Shown here piece after piece: positions 8,435 through 17,010 of a stretch of 44,602 nucleotides of DNA; position 1 is the first letter of the stretch, and the number at the start of each line of letters is the position of its first letter. A program made the position numbers and the translations under genes. The DNA is from an uncultured Oscillospiraceae bacterium (lineage in GTDB: Bacteria; Bacillota; Clostridia; Oscillospirales; Oscillospiraceae): contig CAZHPO010000001.1 of the NCBI GenBank assembly GCA_964534615.1, forward strand, positions 1-44,602. Direction: 5' to 3'. The notes under the pieces are model-generated. The model ran no database searches. It saw only the letters and a program-made list of their open reading frames with translations, and was not told the DNA's origin.

Positions 8435-9602
8435 TTAAACGCTCCTCTGGCCGTGTAATACCGATCATTTCATAACAACTATAGATTCCTTCCATAGCAA
8501 CATGGCTTTCGTTCTGAAAAAAAAGCTCATTAGCCATGATTATTTTTCCTGCCTGCATTTGCTCCGGCAAATAGAAAGCTGCAAACTCTGACAAAATATT
8601 TTCCGCTTCCTCCATGGTGACGAACTGGGTTTCATAGTCAAACCACTGCTCCCAGGCAATGGCAATAGGCAGTTGAAAGCCTCCCGGCAGGGTCAAGTAC
8701 TTCTGCTCATATATTTTAGCACAAGTAGTACCCGAAATTCCACTCCCTTTAAATAAATTTATTCGATTTTTTCCAATAATTAAGGAATATTTTTTTGAAG
8801 ATGCTGAAATTTTGGTTCTTTGAAGGTATTGTGTCGGAAAAACTGCGGTCAAACGATGTTCCGTGTCGCCATAAATCTCCCCTTTTGCATCGGTTGCCTG
8901 AATGCAGATACCGCAGTCTGTGTAACCGGAGATCAGTACCTCCCCCTTTTTTACCGCCTGTCCAGGCTTACACAGTGCATTTCCTTTTAAGACCGTCATC
9001 TCCCGAACAACAGCATCTCGCAATGCAACGACGCTGCTGACCGTTATTTTTTCATTTTCCGTCCGGGGTTGCTTTCTCTCACGAACCGTAATGACTGCTC
9101 TACAACCATAGGTATTTACCCCTGCCCACTGTAATTCCGGCATGGCTGATAGCAGGGCATTTTTAACTTTCTCACTGCGTACCTCTCGGCGGGATGCTCC
9201 AAAGCCAATGCCGCACTGACTGGATACTTCAATGATCTTGTTTGCAGCAACAGCATCATTCCCTTTCACCTGCACAAAAAACACTCTTGTTGGGATCCAA
9301 AGTGAGAACACCAAAAGTCCCAATAGTCCTACGGTTAAAACAGGCCGCTTAAAAAGCCCTTTCAAATCATAAAACAACCCACGACGATGCAAGACATTTA
9401 ATTTTGCCCCCTTTTTCTCAGCCAGTCGATCCAGCCGAGTCAATTGGCTACGTGGTATAAAAAAGCACAAATGTAATTGGTCCGGACAGATCGCATCCTG
9501 TATATCGATATTTGCCTTTCCCATGGCAGCCATAACACCGGGCAAATCAGCGCTGAGTAGCTCAACTTCCACCATACCGCCCAAAGATTGCCACAAATTC
9601 AT
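8427..9602 (-). CDS. yqfD: Sporulation protein YqfD (stage IV)
   Basis: About 390 aa, one TM segment, WAGVNTYGCRAVITVRER and GQAVKKGEVLISG motifs; yqfC-yqfD-phoH synteny. Confidence 0.85.
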   Translation of the reverse strand: MNLWQSLGGMVEVELLSADLPGVMAAMGKANIDIQDAICPDQLHLCFFIPRSQLTRLDRLAEKKGAKLNVLHRRGLFYDLKGLFKRPVLTVGLLGLLVFSLWIPTRVFFVQVKGNDAVAANKIIEVSSQCGIGFGASRREVRSEKVKNALLSAMPELQWAGVNTYGCRAVITVRERKQPRTENEKITVSSVVALRDAVVREMTVLKGNALCKPGQAVKKGEVLISGYTDCGICIQATDAKGEIYGDTEHRLTAVFPTQYLQRTKISASSKKYSLIIGKNRINLFKGSGISGTTCAKIYEQKYLTLPGGFQLPIAIAWEQWFDYETQFVTMEEAENILSEFAAFYLPEQMQAGKIIMANELFFQNESHVAMEGIYSCYEMIGITRPEERLNE

Positions 9603-9886
9603 TTTAACTGCCCCCTCAGGACCTCAATACTGTCGATTTTTCCGACGATAACTAACTTTTGTCCGGACATAAAGCGCAACCGCAGGTTGCATCCTGCGAC
9701 ACTGATTGCTCCAAATTTGACTCTTGCCTGAATTCTTTCTGAACAATACTGAATGACCCCTTTATGATTTTCGATCAACACTCTACCATCTCCCAGCAGT
9801 TCCACCACAGGCTGCATGGGTATAGATTCTTCGTTAAGGTCTGTCTCGTCCAATAGTTTTCGAAAAACGGATGGTTTTCGAGCCAT
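9599..9886 (-). CDS. yqfC: YabP/YqfC-family sporulation protein
   Basis: VLIENHKGVIQY...GKIDSI pattern; 4-bp overlap with yqfD; ATG 9886 with GGAAGG RBS. Confidence 0.85.
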   Translation of the reverse strand: MARKPSVFRKLLDETDLNEESIPMQPVVELLGDGRVLIENHKGVIQYCSERIQARVKFGAISVAGCNLRLRFMSGQKLVIVGKIDSIEVLRGQLK

Positions 9887-9908
9887 TTTTAACACCTTCC
9901 TTTAGGAA

Positions 9909-9938
9909 AGTATATGAAAATCAAACCGCTCATATAAT
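9909..9938. promoter_or_regulatory. Overlapping divergent sigma-E-type promoters for yqfC and ylbJ
   Basis: Plus: ATA(9912-14)-16 nt-CATATAAT(9931-38). Minus: ATA(9935-33)-16 nt-CATATACT(9916-09). Both fit ATA-N16-CATAnnnT. Confidence 0.7.
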
Positions 9939-9956
9939 CTTCCGAGGTGATGACTA

Positions 9957-10982
9957 ATGAAACATTCAAAAATCACGACCGGAATCCTGGCTTCCATATT
10001 TCTGCTTATTTTGATTTTCGACAGTAAAACCGCCATCGGGGGTGCTTCTGAAGGGCTGCAAGTTTGTATTGAAACAGTAATCCCATCTCTGTTTCCCTTT
10101 TTTGTTGCATCTATAATATTAACAGGAATCTTGATGGGGCATCAATTTTCAGGACTGGGGCCATTGAGAAAAAGATTAGGAATCCCTCAGGGCGCAGAGT
10201 CGTTGCTTCTGGTCGGATTACTCGGCGGCTACCCTGTGGGTGCCCAGTGCATAGCGCAGGCATGTCAGGCCGGACAGCTATCCCGACAGGATGGAGAAAG
10301 AATGTTGTCTTTCTGCTCCAATGCAGGTCCGGCTTTCATTTTTGGCATAGGTGCCACCCTATTTCCAAATATATGGATATGCTGGATACTGTGGCTGATC
10401 CACGTCTTATCTGCGCTGATCGTCGGTGCAATGACCACCACATCCTGTGCTGCATCTTCCCTGCCCTCTGGTGGTAGAGCAATCTCTTTATCAGAAGCGT
10501 TACACCGCTCGATCAAGACCATGGGAATGGTCTGTGGATGGATTGTGCTGTTACGTACCATCATAAACTTTTGCCAGCGATGGTTTTTGTGGCTTTTGCC
10601 CAGCAATTTATCCCTTTGTGTGACGGGCCTATTGGAGCTGACCAACGGATGTCTCTTATTAAATCAGGTGTCTTCTCTGGGATTAAGGATGGAGCTTTTT
10701 TCTCTGCTGCTCGGATTTGGAGGTCTATGCGTTCTGTTGCAGACAAAATCAGCTCTGACAGGTAGCGGATTAAAAGGAAAGGCTTATTTCCCCGGAAAAC
10801 TGACCCAAAGCGCCATCAGTTATCTACTGGCTTTGTTGGCACAATTCCTCTTACCGGAACAGATGCGATATTTGCCTTCGCCATATCAGCCACTGGCGGC
10901 AATAACTCTGTGTGCTGCCTATTATTTTTATTCCCTGAAAGGAAAAAAATCCAGTAGCATTCCCCAGGTTCTTCGTGTATAA
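9957..10982 (+). CDS. ylbJ: Sporulation integral membrane protein YlbJ
   Basis: VIPSLFPFF, GLLGGYPVGA, FCSNAGPAFI, GLLELTNG, GFGGLCVLLQ; polytopic hydrophobic protein. Confidence 0.85.
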   Translation: MKHSKITTGILASIFLLILIFDSKTAIGGASEGLQVCIETVIPSLFPFFVASIILTGILMGHQFSGLGPLRKRLGIPQGAESLLLVGLLGGYPVGAQCIAQACQAGQLSRQDGERMLSFCSNAGPAFIFGIGATLFPNIWICWILWLIHVLSALIVGAMTTTSCAASSLPSGGRAISLSEALHRSIKTMGMVCGWIVLLRTIINFCQRWFLWLLPSNLSLCVTGLLELTNGCLLLNQVSSLGLRMELFSLLLGFGGLCVLLQTKSALTGSGLKGKAYFPGKLTQSAISYLLALLAQFLLPEQMRYLPSPYQPLAAITLCAAYYFYSLKGKKSSSIPQVLRV

Positions 10983-11015
10983 TAGATACATCGTTTATCG
11001 GGAGGTCATTACATA

Positions 11016-11231
11016 ATGAAGATTTTTCGTCAAAAAGTGGAGCCTGCCTGCTGTTACTGTAGCCACGCCATTGCAATTACAGAAACAAACGTCACCTGTG
11101 CCAGAAAAAAGAAATTTATGGATCTGGACGGCAAGTGCCGTCGTTTTCAGTATGATCCGTTGAAACGGGTTCCAGCAAAACAAAAAGCACTGGATTTTTC
11201 CAAATACGAACAATACGATTATTCCCTTTAA
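11016..11231 (+). CDS. Small Cys-rich protein of unknown function (71 aa)
   Basis: GGAGG RBS at 11001-11005, TAGCAT-17-TATAAT at 10955-10983, terminator immediately after; CCYC...C...C pattern. Confidence 0.7.
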   Translation: MKIFRQKVEPACCYCSHAIAITETNVTCARKKKFMDLDGKCRRFQYDPLKRVPAKQKALDFSKYEQYDYSL

Positions 11232-11234
11232 AGC

Positions 11235-11270
11235 AATATCGGGCAGTCTGCAAAGACTGCCCGATATTTT
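11235..11270. terminator. Bidirectional intrinsic terminator
   Basis: AATATCGGGCAGTCT-gcaa-AGACTGCCCGATATT TT between convergent genes. Confidence 0.85.
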
Positions 11271-11291
11271 CATACAGCATAAAAGTTAATA

Positions 11292-12149
11292 TTAAGTCCG
11301 TCTGTTCGTCATGTCCGTTGCCATCTGGCGCAGGAAGTGGGAATCTTCAAAAGAATCCAGTGCAGAAACCGCCATATCCGTATACTTTTGCACCAATTCT
11401 TCGCATTTTCCCAGTCCATAAAGGCGGACAAATGTATTCTTGTGTGCATCTGTACCGACCAGCTTGCCCAGTTCTTCTTTTGTGCCGATCACATCCAGCA
11501 TATCGTCCCGGATCTGGAATGCCAGTCCCAGTCCAGATGCAAACTGAGAAGCCGCCTGAATCTGCTGTTGGGTACCATTGCCGGCCAGAACGCCCAAAAC
11601 ACAGGCTGCGTTGATCAGCTTGACAGTCTTGCGAGTTTGGATATCCAAAACTTCCTGTTCGGTCAAAAGACGATTCTCGCTTTGAATATCCAGCACCTGA
11701 CCACCAACCATTCCCAGCGAGCCTGCGCATTCTGCCAACACGGAAATTGCCAACGGCACATTTTCCGTTCCGGTAGAGGCCATCGCAAAGGCATCTGTCA
11801 GCAGGGCATCACCTGCCAACACAGCCATCGCTTCGCCGTACACCTTGTGATTGGTTGGTTTTCCCCGACGAAAATCGTCGTTATCCATGCAGGGCAGATC
11901 ATCGTGTATCAAACTATAGGTCTGAATCATTTCGATGGCAGCCGCATAAGGCACAGCCTTTTGCCAGTCACCACAGGTCATGCGGCAAAATTCCAGCGTA
12001 AAAATAGGGCGCAATCGTTTTCCGCCTGCAAAAAGGCTGTATTCCATTGCAGAAAACAGCTCCTGCTGGGGTTCTTGATGAAACTGGGCATAGTATTCTT
12101 CCAGATATTTTTCAATAAAATCCCGATAAAATGCACTAGTTGGCTTCAT
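11292..12149 (-). CDS. ispA: Farnesyl/geranylgeranyl diphosphate synthase
   Basis: GGKRLRP, SLIHDDLPCMDNDDFRRG, FQIRDDMLD; xseA-xseB-ispA synteny; start ATG 12149. Confidence 0.93.
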   Translation of the reverse strand: MKPTSAFYRDFIEKYLEEYYAQFHQEPQQELFSAMEYSLFAGGKRLRPIFTLEFCRMTCGDWQKAVPYAAAIEMIQTYSLIHDDLPCMDNDDFRRGKPTNHKVYGEAMAVLAGDALLTDAFAMASTGTENVPLAISVLAECAGSLGMVGGQVLDIQSENRLLTEQEVLDIQTRKTVKLINAACVLGVLAGNGTQQQIQAASQFASGLGLAFQIRDDMLDVIGTKEELGKLVGTDAHKNTFVRLYGLGKCEELVQKYTDMAVSALDSFEDSHFLRQMATDMTNRRT

Positions 12150-12372
12150 CGGCAAAATCCTCCAGCACGGGGCTGCCATCAGCAGCGGTCATTACTTTTT
12201 TTACCTGTAATTCGGCGTTGTCCAGGAGCTTGCCGCACTGGGCAACCAGATCTGTGCCCTCCTGAAACAGCTTTAGGCTTTCTTCCAAGGCAACATCGCC
12301 CCGCTCCATGGAACGAACGATTTGTTCCAGGCGAATCATATTTTCCTCAAAAGTTTTGTTTTTTTCGTTCAT
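12136..12372 (-). CDS. xseB: Exodeoxyribonuclease VII small subunit
   Basis: TFEENMIRLEQIVRSMERGDVALEESLKLFQEG. Confidence 0.95.
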   Translation of the reverse strand: MNEKNKTFEENMIRLEQIVRSMERGDVALEESLKLFQEGTDLVAQCGKLLDNAELQVKKVMTAADGSPVLEDFADEAN

Positions 12373-12373
12373 A

Positions 12374-13579
12374 CTATTCCTCCTCTATATCCCGGATGAC
12401 AGCAGAAAAGCCGCCGTCTGCCAATGTGACAGCAATGGTATCTCCAACCATCACGTCACTGACACTACGAACGATCTTTTTCTCCTCGGTCTGAACCATT
12501 GAATAGCCCCGACTCAGTACTTTCAGCGGACTCAAAGCGTCTAATTTGGATGTTAAACCAATATATGTCTGCTTCTTTCGACTAATTTGCTGACTTTGTG
12601 CAGTTAACAGACGGTTTTGCAGCAACTCCAGGGATTTCTTACGTTGCAACAAATATCCCTCTGGACTTTTTAAGGCTGCACTTTCGGATAGGAGATCCAA
12701 ATGCTGCCGTGCTGCCTTGATCTGACGGTTTACCGCAGTAGCCATTGCAAGAGACATACTGTCCAGGGTTTGCCACAGTGCTTCCTGATCCGGGACAGCC
12801 AATTCCGCTGCATTGGACGGCGTTGCTGCCCGCAGATCTGCCACGAAATCAGAAATGGTAACATCCGGCTCATGTCCCACAGCAGAAATGACCGGGATCT
12901 GGGATTGATAGATGGCATTTGCCACCAATTCATCGTTAAAAGCCCACAGGTCTTCAATCGAGCCACCACCTCGACCCACAATCAACAAGTCGGCCAATCG
13001 GTGATAATTGGCGTAGGCAATGGCTGCGGCGATCTCCCCCGGCGCTTCTGCGCCCTGCACCCGGACAGGAAGCAGAACCACTTGGGTCAATGGATACCGC
13101 TTGCGCAGAATTCGAAGCATATCGTGAACTGCTGCACCGGCAGAACTGGTAACAATACCAATGGTACCGGGCAATTTGGGTAGCGGTTTTTTATGGGATT
13201 GATCAAAAAGCCCCTGAGCAGCAAGTTTTGTTTTTAACTGCTCAAACGCAACATACAGATCACCAATTCCGTCCAAAATCAAACCGCTACAGTAAAGCTG
13301 ATATGCACCATCTCTGGGATAGACAGAGATCTTTCCCATGGCGATAACCTGCATGCCATTTTCCGGACGAAAACGCAACCGCAGGGCATTTCCTTTAAAA
13401 AGAACGCATTTGAGGGCACCACCCTCATCTTTCAGCGTAAAATAGTGATGACCTGAAGGGTACATTTTGTAATTGCTGATCTCGCCTTTCACTGCCACAT
13501 TGACCAAAAGGCGGTCATTGTCCATCATCGCCCGGATATACTCATTGATCTGCGTAATGGTCAGGACATTCTGGGCCAT
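12374..13579 (-). CDS. xseA: Exodeoxyribonuclease VII large subunit
   Basis: GEISN..SGHHYFTLKD, GRGGGSIEDLWAFNDE, SAVGHEPD, AATPSNAAE, LSPLKVLSRGY. Confidence 0.97.
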   Translation of the reverse strand: MAQNVLTITQINEYIRAMMDNDRLLVNVAVKGEISNYKMYPSGHHYFTLKDEGGALKCVLFKGNALRLRFRPENGMQVIAMGKISVYPRDGAYQLYCSGLILDGIGDLYVAFEQLKTKLAAQGLFDQSHKKPLPKLPGTIGIVTSSAGAAVHDMLRILRKRYPLTQVVLLPVRVQGAEAPGEIAAAIAYANYHRLADLLIVGRGGGSIEDLWAFNDELVANAIYQSQIPVISAVGHEPDVTISDFVADLRAATPSNAAELAVPDQEALWQTLDSMSLAMATAVNRQIKAARQHLDLLSESAALKSPEGYLLQRKKSLELLQNRLLTAQSQQISRKKQTYIGLTSKLDALSPLKVLSRGYSMVQTEEKKIVRSVSDVMVGDTIAVTLADGGFSAVIRDIEEE

Positions 13580-13580
13580 A

Positions 13581-14501
13581 TCATCCCTCCCTCAGTCTGC
13601 TTGCCAGGACTGCAACGCCCATGGCGTTATCCGTAGAAAACTCCGGTTTACAGAAAACAGGTGCCAACGGTGCGATTTTTTCCCGCAACATGGAATTTGA
13701 GGCCACTCCCCCGGAAAAAACAACCTCCAGACCCGGATAGGTTTTCCGGGCATTTTCTGTTGCCTGATAGACGGCGTGACACACGCATCGCAGGGCATAT
13801 GCTGCGGTTTCCTCCGGGCAGTGGGTACGGCTGTATTGTTCCACTTTGTTTTGCACGCCGGACAGAGAAAACTCCATGCCGGGACACTTCACTTTAAAAA
13901 GGTCTTTTTCAGTAGCTTTCTGGCTAAGTGCGTCTACGTGTTTTCCTGCCGGAAAAGGCAATTCCAGCATAACGCCGGTACGATCGATTAACTGACCGGC
14001 GGAAATATCAGTCGTGCCTCCAATGCGCATACAACGGACATTTTTCCCTTCCGGCTCCACCAGTAACAGTTCTGTGGTACCGCCGGATAAATGCCATGCC
14101 AGATGGGGTTGATCCATAAGATCCAATCGTCCGGCGCTCCACACAGATGCTGCTACATGCCCTTGCTGGTGGGAGACTTCATATAAGGGAACTTTCAACA
14201 GATCCGACAACATTTTTGCATGGGAATAGCCTACCATAAAACAGGGCATATAGCTACCCTCCACCGCTCTGGGTCTGGTGCTGACAGCGACAGCTGTTAC
14301 CTCCTCTGCCTTTACATGGCAAAACAGCCTGCCGGATAGCTCCGGCAGGCTCTTAATGTGTGAGAAAACAGCATCGCTTTGGCGCAGACCCAGTTGTCCT
14401 TGCTGCACAGGAAGCAGCTTAGAGCAGTTTACTCCGTCATGTCCATCAAAACAGGCGATAGACGTGGTGTAATTACTGGTATCAATGCCAATAACGCTCA
14501 T
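13581..14501 (-). CDS. TsaD/Kae1 (peptidase M22, ASKHA fold) paralogue of uncertain function
   Basis: IGIDTS, HxxxH (SHQQGH), LSGGTT, GGVASN, TDNAMGVA; diverges from canonical TsaD. Confidence 0.8.
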   Translation of the reverse strand: MSVIGIDTSNYTTSIACFDGHDGVNCSKLLPVQQGQLGLRQSDAVFSHIKSLPELSGRLFCHVKAEEVTAVAVSTRPRAVEGSYMPCFMVGYSHAKMLSDLLKVPLYEVSHQQGHVAASVWSAGRLDLMDQPHLAWHLSGGTTELLLVEPEGKNVRCMRIGGTTDISAGQLIDRTGVMLELPFPAGKHVDALSQKATEKDLFKVKCPGMEFSLSGVQNKVEQYSRTHCPEETAAYALRCVCHAVYQATENARKTYPGLEVVFSGGVASNSMLREKIAPLAPVFCKPEFSTDNAMGVAVLASRLREG

Positions 14502-14959
14502 TAAGTATCCTCTTTCTCTGTCTGGGCTCTGGCAAAAGAACCCAAAATACCATTGACGAAGGCACCGGTATCGTCGCCGTCGTATTTCTTTGCCAAACGG
14601 ACAGCCTCTGAAACAGCCACTCCGGTGGGCACATCCTCCACGTAGAGGATCTCAAAAATTGCCAGTTGCATAATTGCACGAGTCAACCGGGAAATACGGC
14701 CAATATCCCAACCGATGGAATACCGGCTGATCTCAGCATTCAGATCATCCGTTCTGCTGGCAACGCCGCCAACGACGGTATCGATATAGCCACGCTGACT
14801 GTTGCTGGGACGATCTGCATAAATCTCATTTTCCTTGGCCAGTAGTCCATAGTATTCCTTTTCAAGACGAACTGCCACTACATGCTCTGGCTCCTCACCG
14901 GTAAATTCCCGGCCATAAATCAAATGTACCGCTAATTCTCTGGCGTCTGCTCTTGTCAT
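14501..14959 (-). CDS. nusB: Transcription antitermination factor NusB
   Basis: TRADARELAVHLIY, VAVSEAVRLAKKY, FVNGILG. Confidence 0.95.
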   Translation of the reverse strand: MTRADARELAVHLIYGREFTGEEPEHVVAVRLEKEYYGLLAKENEIYADRPSNSQRGYIDTVVGGVASRTDDLNAEISRYSIGWDIGRISRLTRAIMQLAIFEILYVEDVPTGVAVSEAVRLAKKYDGDDTGAFVNGILGSFARAQTEKEDT

Positions 14960-14968
14960 AGCTTCCCC

Positions 14969-15334
14969 TTACTTGCGGACGATACCGCATACATTTACAT
15001 TAACGCCGACGACCTTAACACCGGTGACGGACTCAACCTCGGATGTAATGTTGCTTTGGATCTCCTTTGCGGTATCGACCACATTACAACCGTAGTAAAC
15101 CAAAATATTGCAATCGACAGTCACTTTATTGTCGGTAGCGATCGTAATTTTGATACCCTTGCCCCAATGCTTTCTGATCAGTTCTGTAAGATCGGCACTG
15201 GGCTTGCTGTTCAGCCCTGCAAAACCCTCAATATCACACAATGCCTGCAATGTAATAGTAGCGACCACATCTTCAGAAATCATGATCTTTCCTTTTTCCT
15301 GCAGTCGGGTAATGTACTGCTTATTCTCAGCCAT
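14969..15334 (-). CDS. Asp23/Gls24-family protein (YqhY-like)
   Basis: GKIMISEDVVATI...VESVTGVKVVGVNVNV; spoIIIAH-asp23-nusB synteny; start ATG 15334 with AGGAGG RBS. Confidence 0.88.
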   Translation of the reverse strand: MAENKQYITRLQEKGKIMISEDVVATITLQALCDIEGFAGLNSKPSADLTELIRKHWGKGIKITIATDNKVTVDCNILVYYGCNVVDTAKEIQSNITSEVESVTGVKVVGVNVNVCGIVRK

Positions 15335-15426
15335 GGGAATTACCTCCTTATTTCTTCTGTGCCTGCGGCACAACATAGTTTTATTTATTGTACCACAAAT
15401 CCTGAAAAATACAACTGTTTTTTCCG

Positions 15427-15472
15427 AAAAATAGGAAGCGGAAATAGACCATGCCGTCCATCTCCGCTTCCT
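15427..15472 (-). terminator. Terminator of spoIIIA operon
   Basis: AGGAAGCGGA...TCCGCTTCCT inverted repeat followed on the minus strand by ATTTTT. Confidence 0.6.
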
Positions 15473-15479
15473 GAATTGA

Positions 15480-16025
15480 TTATTGTACTTCTACTACCCG
15501 AATATCATTGAGTGTCAAATCTGATTGTGTCATAACAATATCTGCAATAACAGCCACATCTGCCTGCTGCAAGCCACCTTCCGGTGACGCTACCGCCACT
15601 GAGATCCCTTTTTCTGTAATATACGCTACACAGTCTTTGTATCCCTTGGCAATGACAAGACTTTCAATCTGTGCTTCACACAAAGCATACTGAATGATCT
15701 GCTCCAACTGCTCATTGGTTTTTGCAACCTGCTCCTGGTCACCATAAGCCATCGCTTCCTGTAGCAGAGACACGGCGCTATCTCTCGCTTCCTGTCGGGA
15801 AAGACGTACAGCCGCAAAGTAGTCTGTGGTGGTTGTATTGCTATCCCCACCGACAGTGCCGCCTACAGCCAATAGATCATCGTCCAATACCTTATCGGAG
15901 TTTATGACATCTTCCAGATTTTTTGTGTCCTGTCCTCCGTTGTATACCCAGTTCAGGTAAATTCCTGAGCATACCGTCAGCAAAACAGCACCTGCAATCA
16001 AGTTTTTCTTCCAGTTCTTATTCAT
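15480..16025 (-). CDS. spoIIIAH: Stage III sporulation protein AH
   Basis: N-terminal TM, DYFAAVRLSRQEAR, IESLVIAKGYKDCV; last gene of an 8-gene operon. Confidence 0.9.
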   Translation of the reverse strand: MNKNWKKNLIAGAVLLTVCSGIYLNWVYNGGQDTKNLEDVINSDKVLDDDLLAVGGTVGGDSNTTTTDYFAAVRLSRQEARDSAVSLLQEAMAYGDQEQVAKTNEQLEQIIQYALCEAQIESLVIAKGYKDCVAYITEKGISVAVASPEGGLQQADVAVIADIVMTQSDLTLNDIRVVEVQ

Positions 16026-16042
16026 AAATCAGTTCCTCCCTA

Positions 16043-16549
16043 TTACTTCATTTTTAACACTGAAATTTGGTCTGCACCCAGGCCGGTAGCCTTGGAAACC
16101 GCTTCCACTACTGCCCATTTGACACTGGGATTATCTGCGCCCTGACAAACAATTACTGCACCTTTGTACTTGGCTGGGATCACTTGACTGATGAGCGGTT
16201 TTTGATTTCTGTCAGAATCAGTTATAATGACGGTCTCTTTGTGAATAGATGACGACCCCTCGGCGGTGTTAATATTCTCGTCACTTTGGTAAATGGTAGT
16301 CTCCCCTGCCGAAAGGGTAAGCAACACCTTGACTCGTCCCACACCGTCCATCTGTCCCAATATTTCCGCCAATTTTTGGGATTGATCCACCGGCTGTGTT
16401 TCCTGGGTAACCGTAACCTCTTTCTGAGACTGGCTGGTTCTTCTGCCTGGAATGGTCATCAAGATCAATCCTACCAATAGTATTAAAATGGGGTATCGAT
16501 ACTGATGAAACCATTTTGGTATTTTCCCTGCTATTTTCCCTATGTCCAT
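16043..16549 (-). CDS. spoIIIAG: Stage III sporulation protein AG
   Basis: LAEILGQMDGVGRVKVLLTL, GAVIVCQGADNPSV, ISVLKMK. Confidence 0.92.
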   Translation of the reverse strand: MDIGKIAGKIPKWFHQYRYPILILLVGLILMTIPGRRTSQSQKEVTVTQETQPVDQSQKLAEILGQMDGVGRVKVLLTLSAGETTIYQSDENINTAEGSSSIHKETVIITDSDRNQKPLISQVIPAKYKGAVIVCQGADNPSVKWAVVEAVSKATGLGADQISVLKMK

Positions 16550-17010
16550 TGCTGATTCTCCTTTGAAATCCCCAACTGCTGCTCAATGACCGTTTGTAAC
16601 TGTGATTTGACATATGGCGCCACAGTTCCGGTAACGCACACACCGACGGGAACAGGAATGTCATCGTCGGACACTTCCACGGCCACTTCAATGTGCGCAC
16701 CCAACGCCTTTGCTTTCTCTAGAATGTATGCACTGGTTTCCTCTTTTATGATTTTTACCATGGCATTTTCATACCCTGTCACGCCCAACGCAACAGCATC
16801 ATCTGCATCCTCTGATATTTGAAATGACATATCCTTGAAATAATCCACATTTATTTTTCCCAGCGGCTGCATAATTGTCAGTACCAGAAAAAGTCCGGTG
16901 ATCACTCTGGCAATTTCTGCCGTTTCTTTTTTACCAAGGAAACGATTTACAATGCCACACAAAAGTCCGGCTCCGCTGACTGCTAATAGATATGCTCGGA
17001 CGTCATCCAT
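16540..17010 (-). CDS. spoIIIAF: Stage III sporulation protein AF
   Basis: Two N-terminal TM helices, position between AE and AG. Confidence 0.8.
   Translation of the reverse strand: MDDVRAYLLAVSGAGLLCGIVNRFLGKKETAEIARVITGLFLVLTIMQPLGKINVDYFKDMSFQISEDADDAVALGVTGYENAMVKIIKEETSAYILEKAKALGAHIEVAVEVSDDDIPVPVGVCVTGTVAPYVKSQLQTVIEQQLGISKENQQWT

Noticed and set aside
11292-12149. IspA substitutions (EMIQTY, KTVKL) as signs of inactivation
   Set aside because: Both Asp-rich motifs and the RRG loop are intact; within plausible natural variation.
11337-12494. 385-aa plus-strand ORF
   Set aside because: Antisense shadow of ispA/xseB/xseA.
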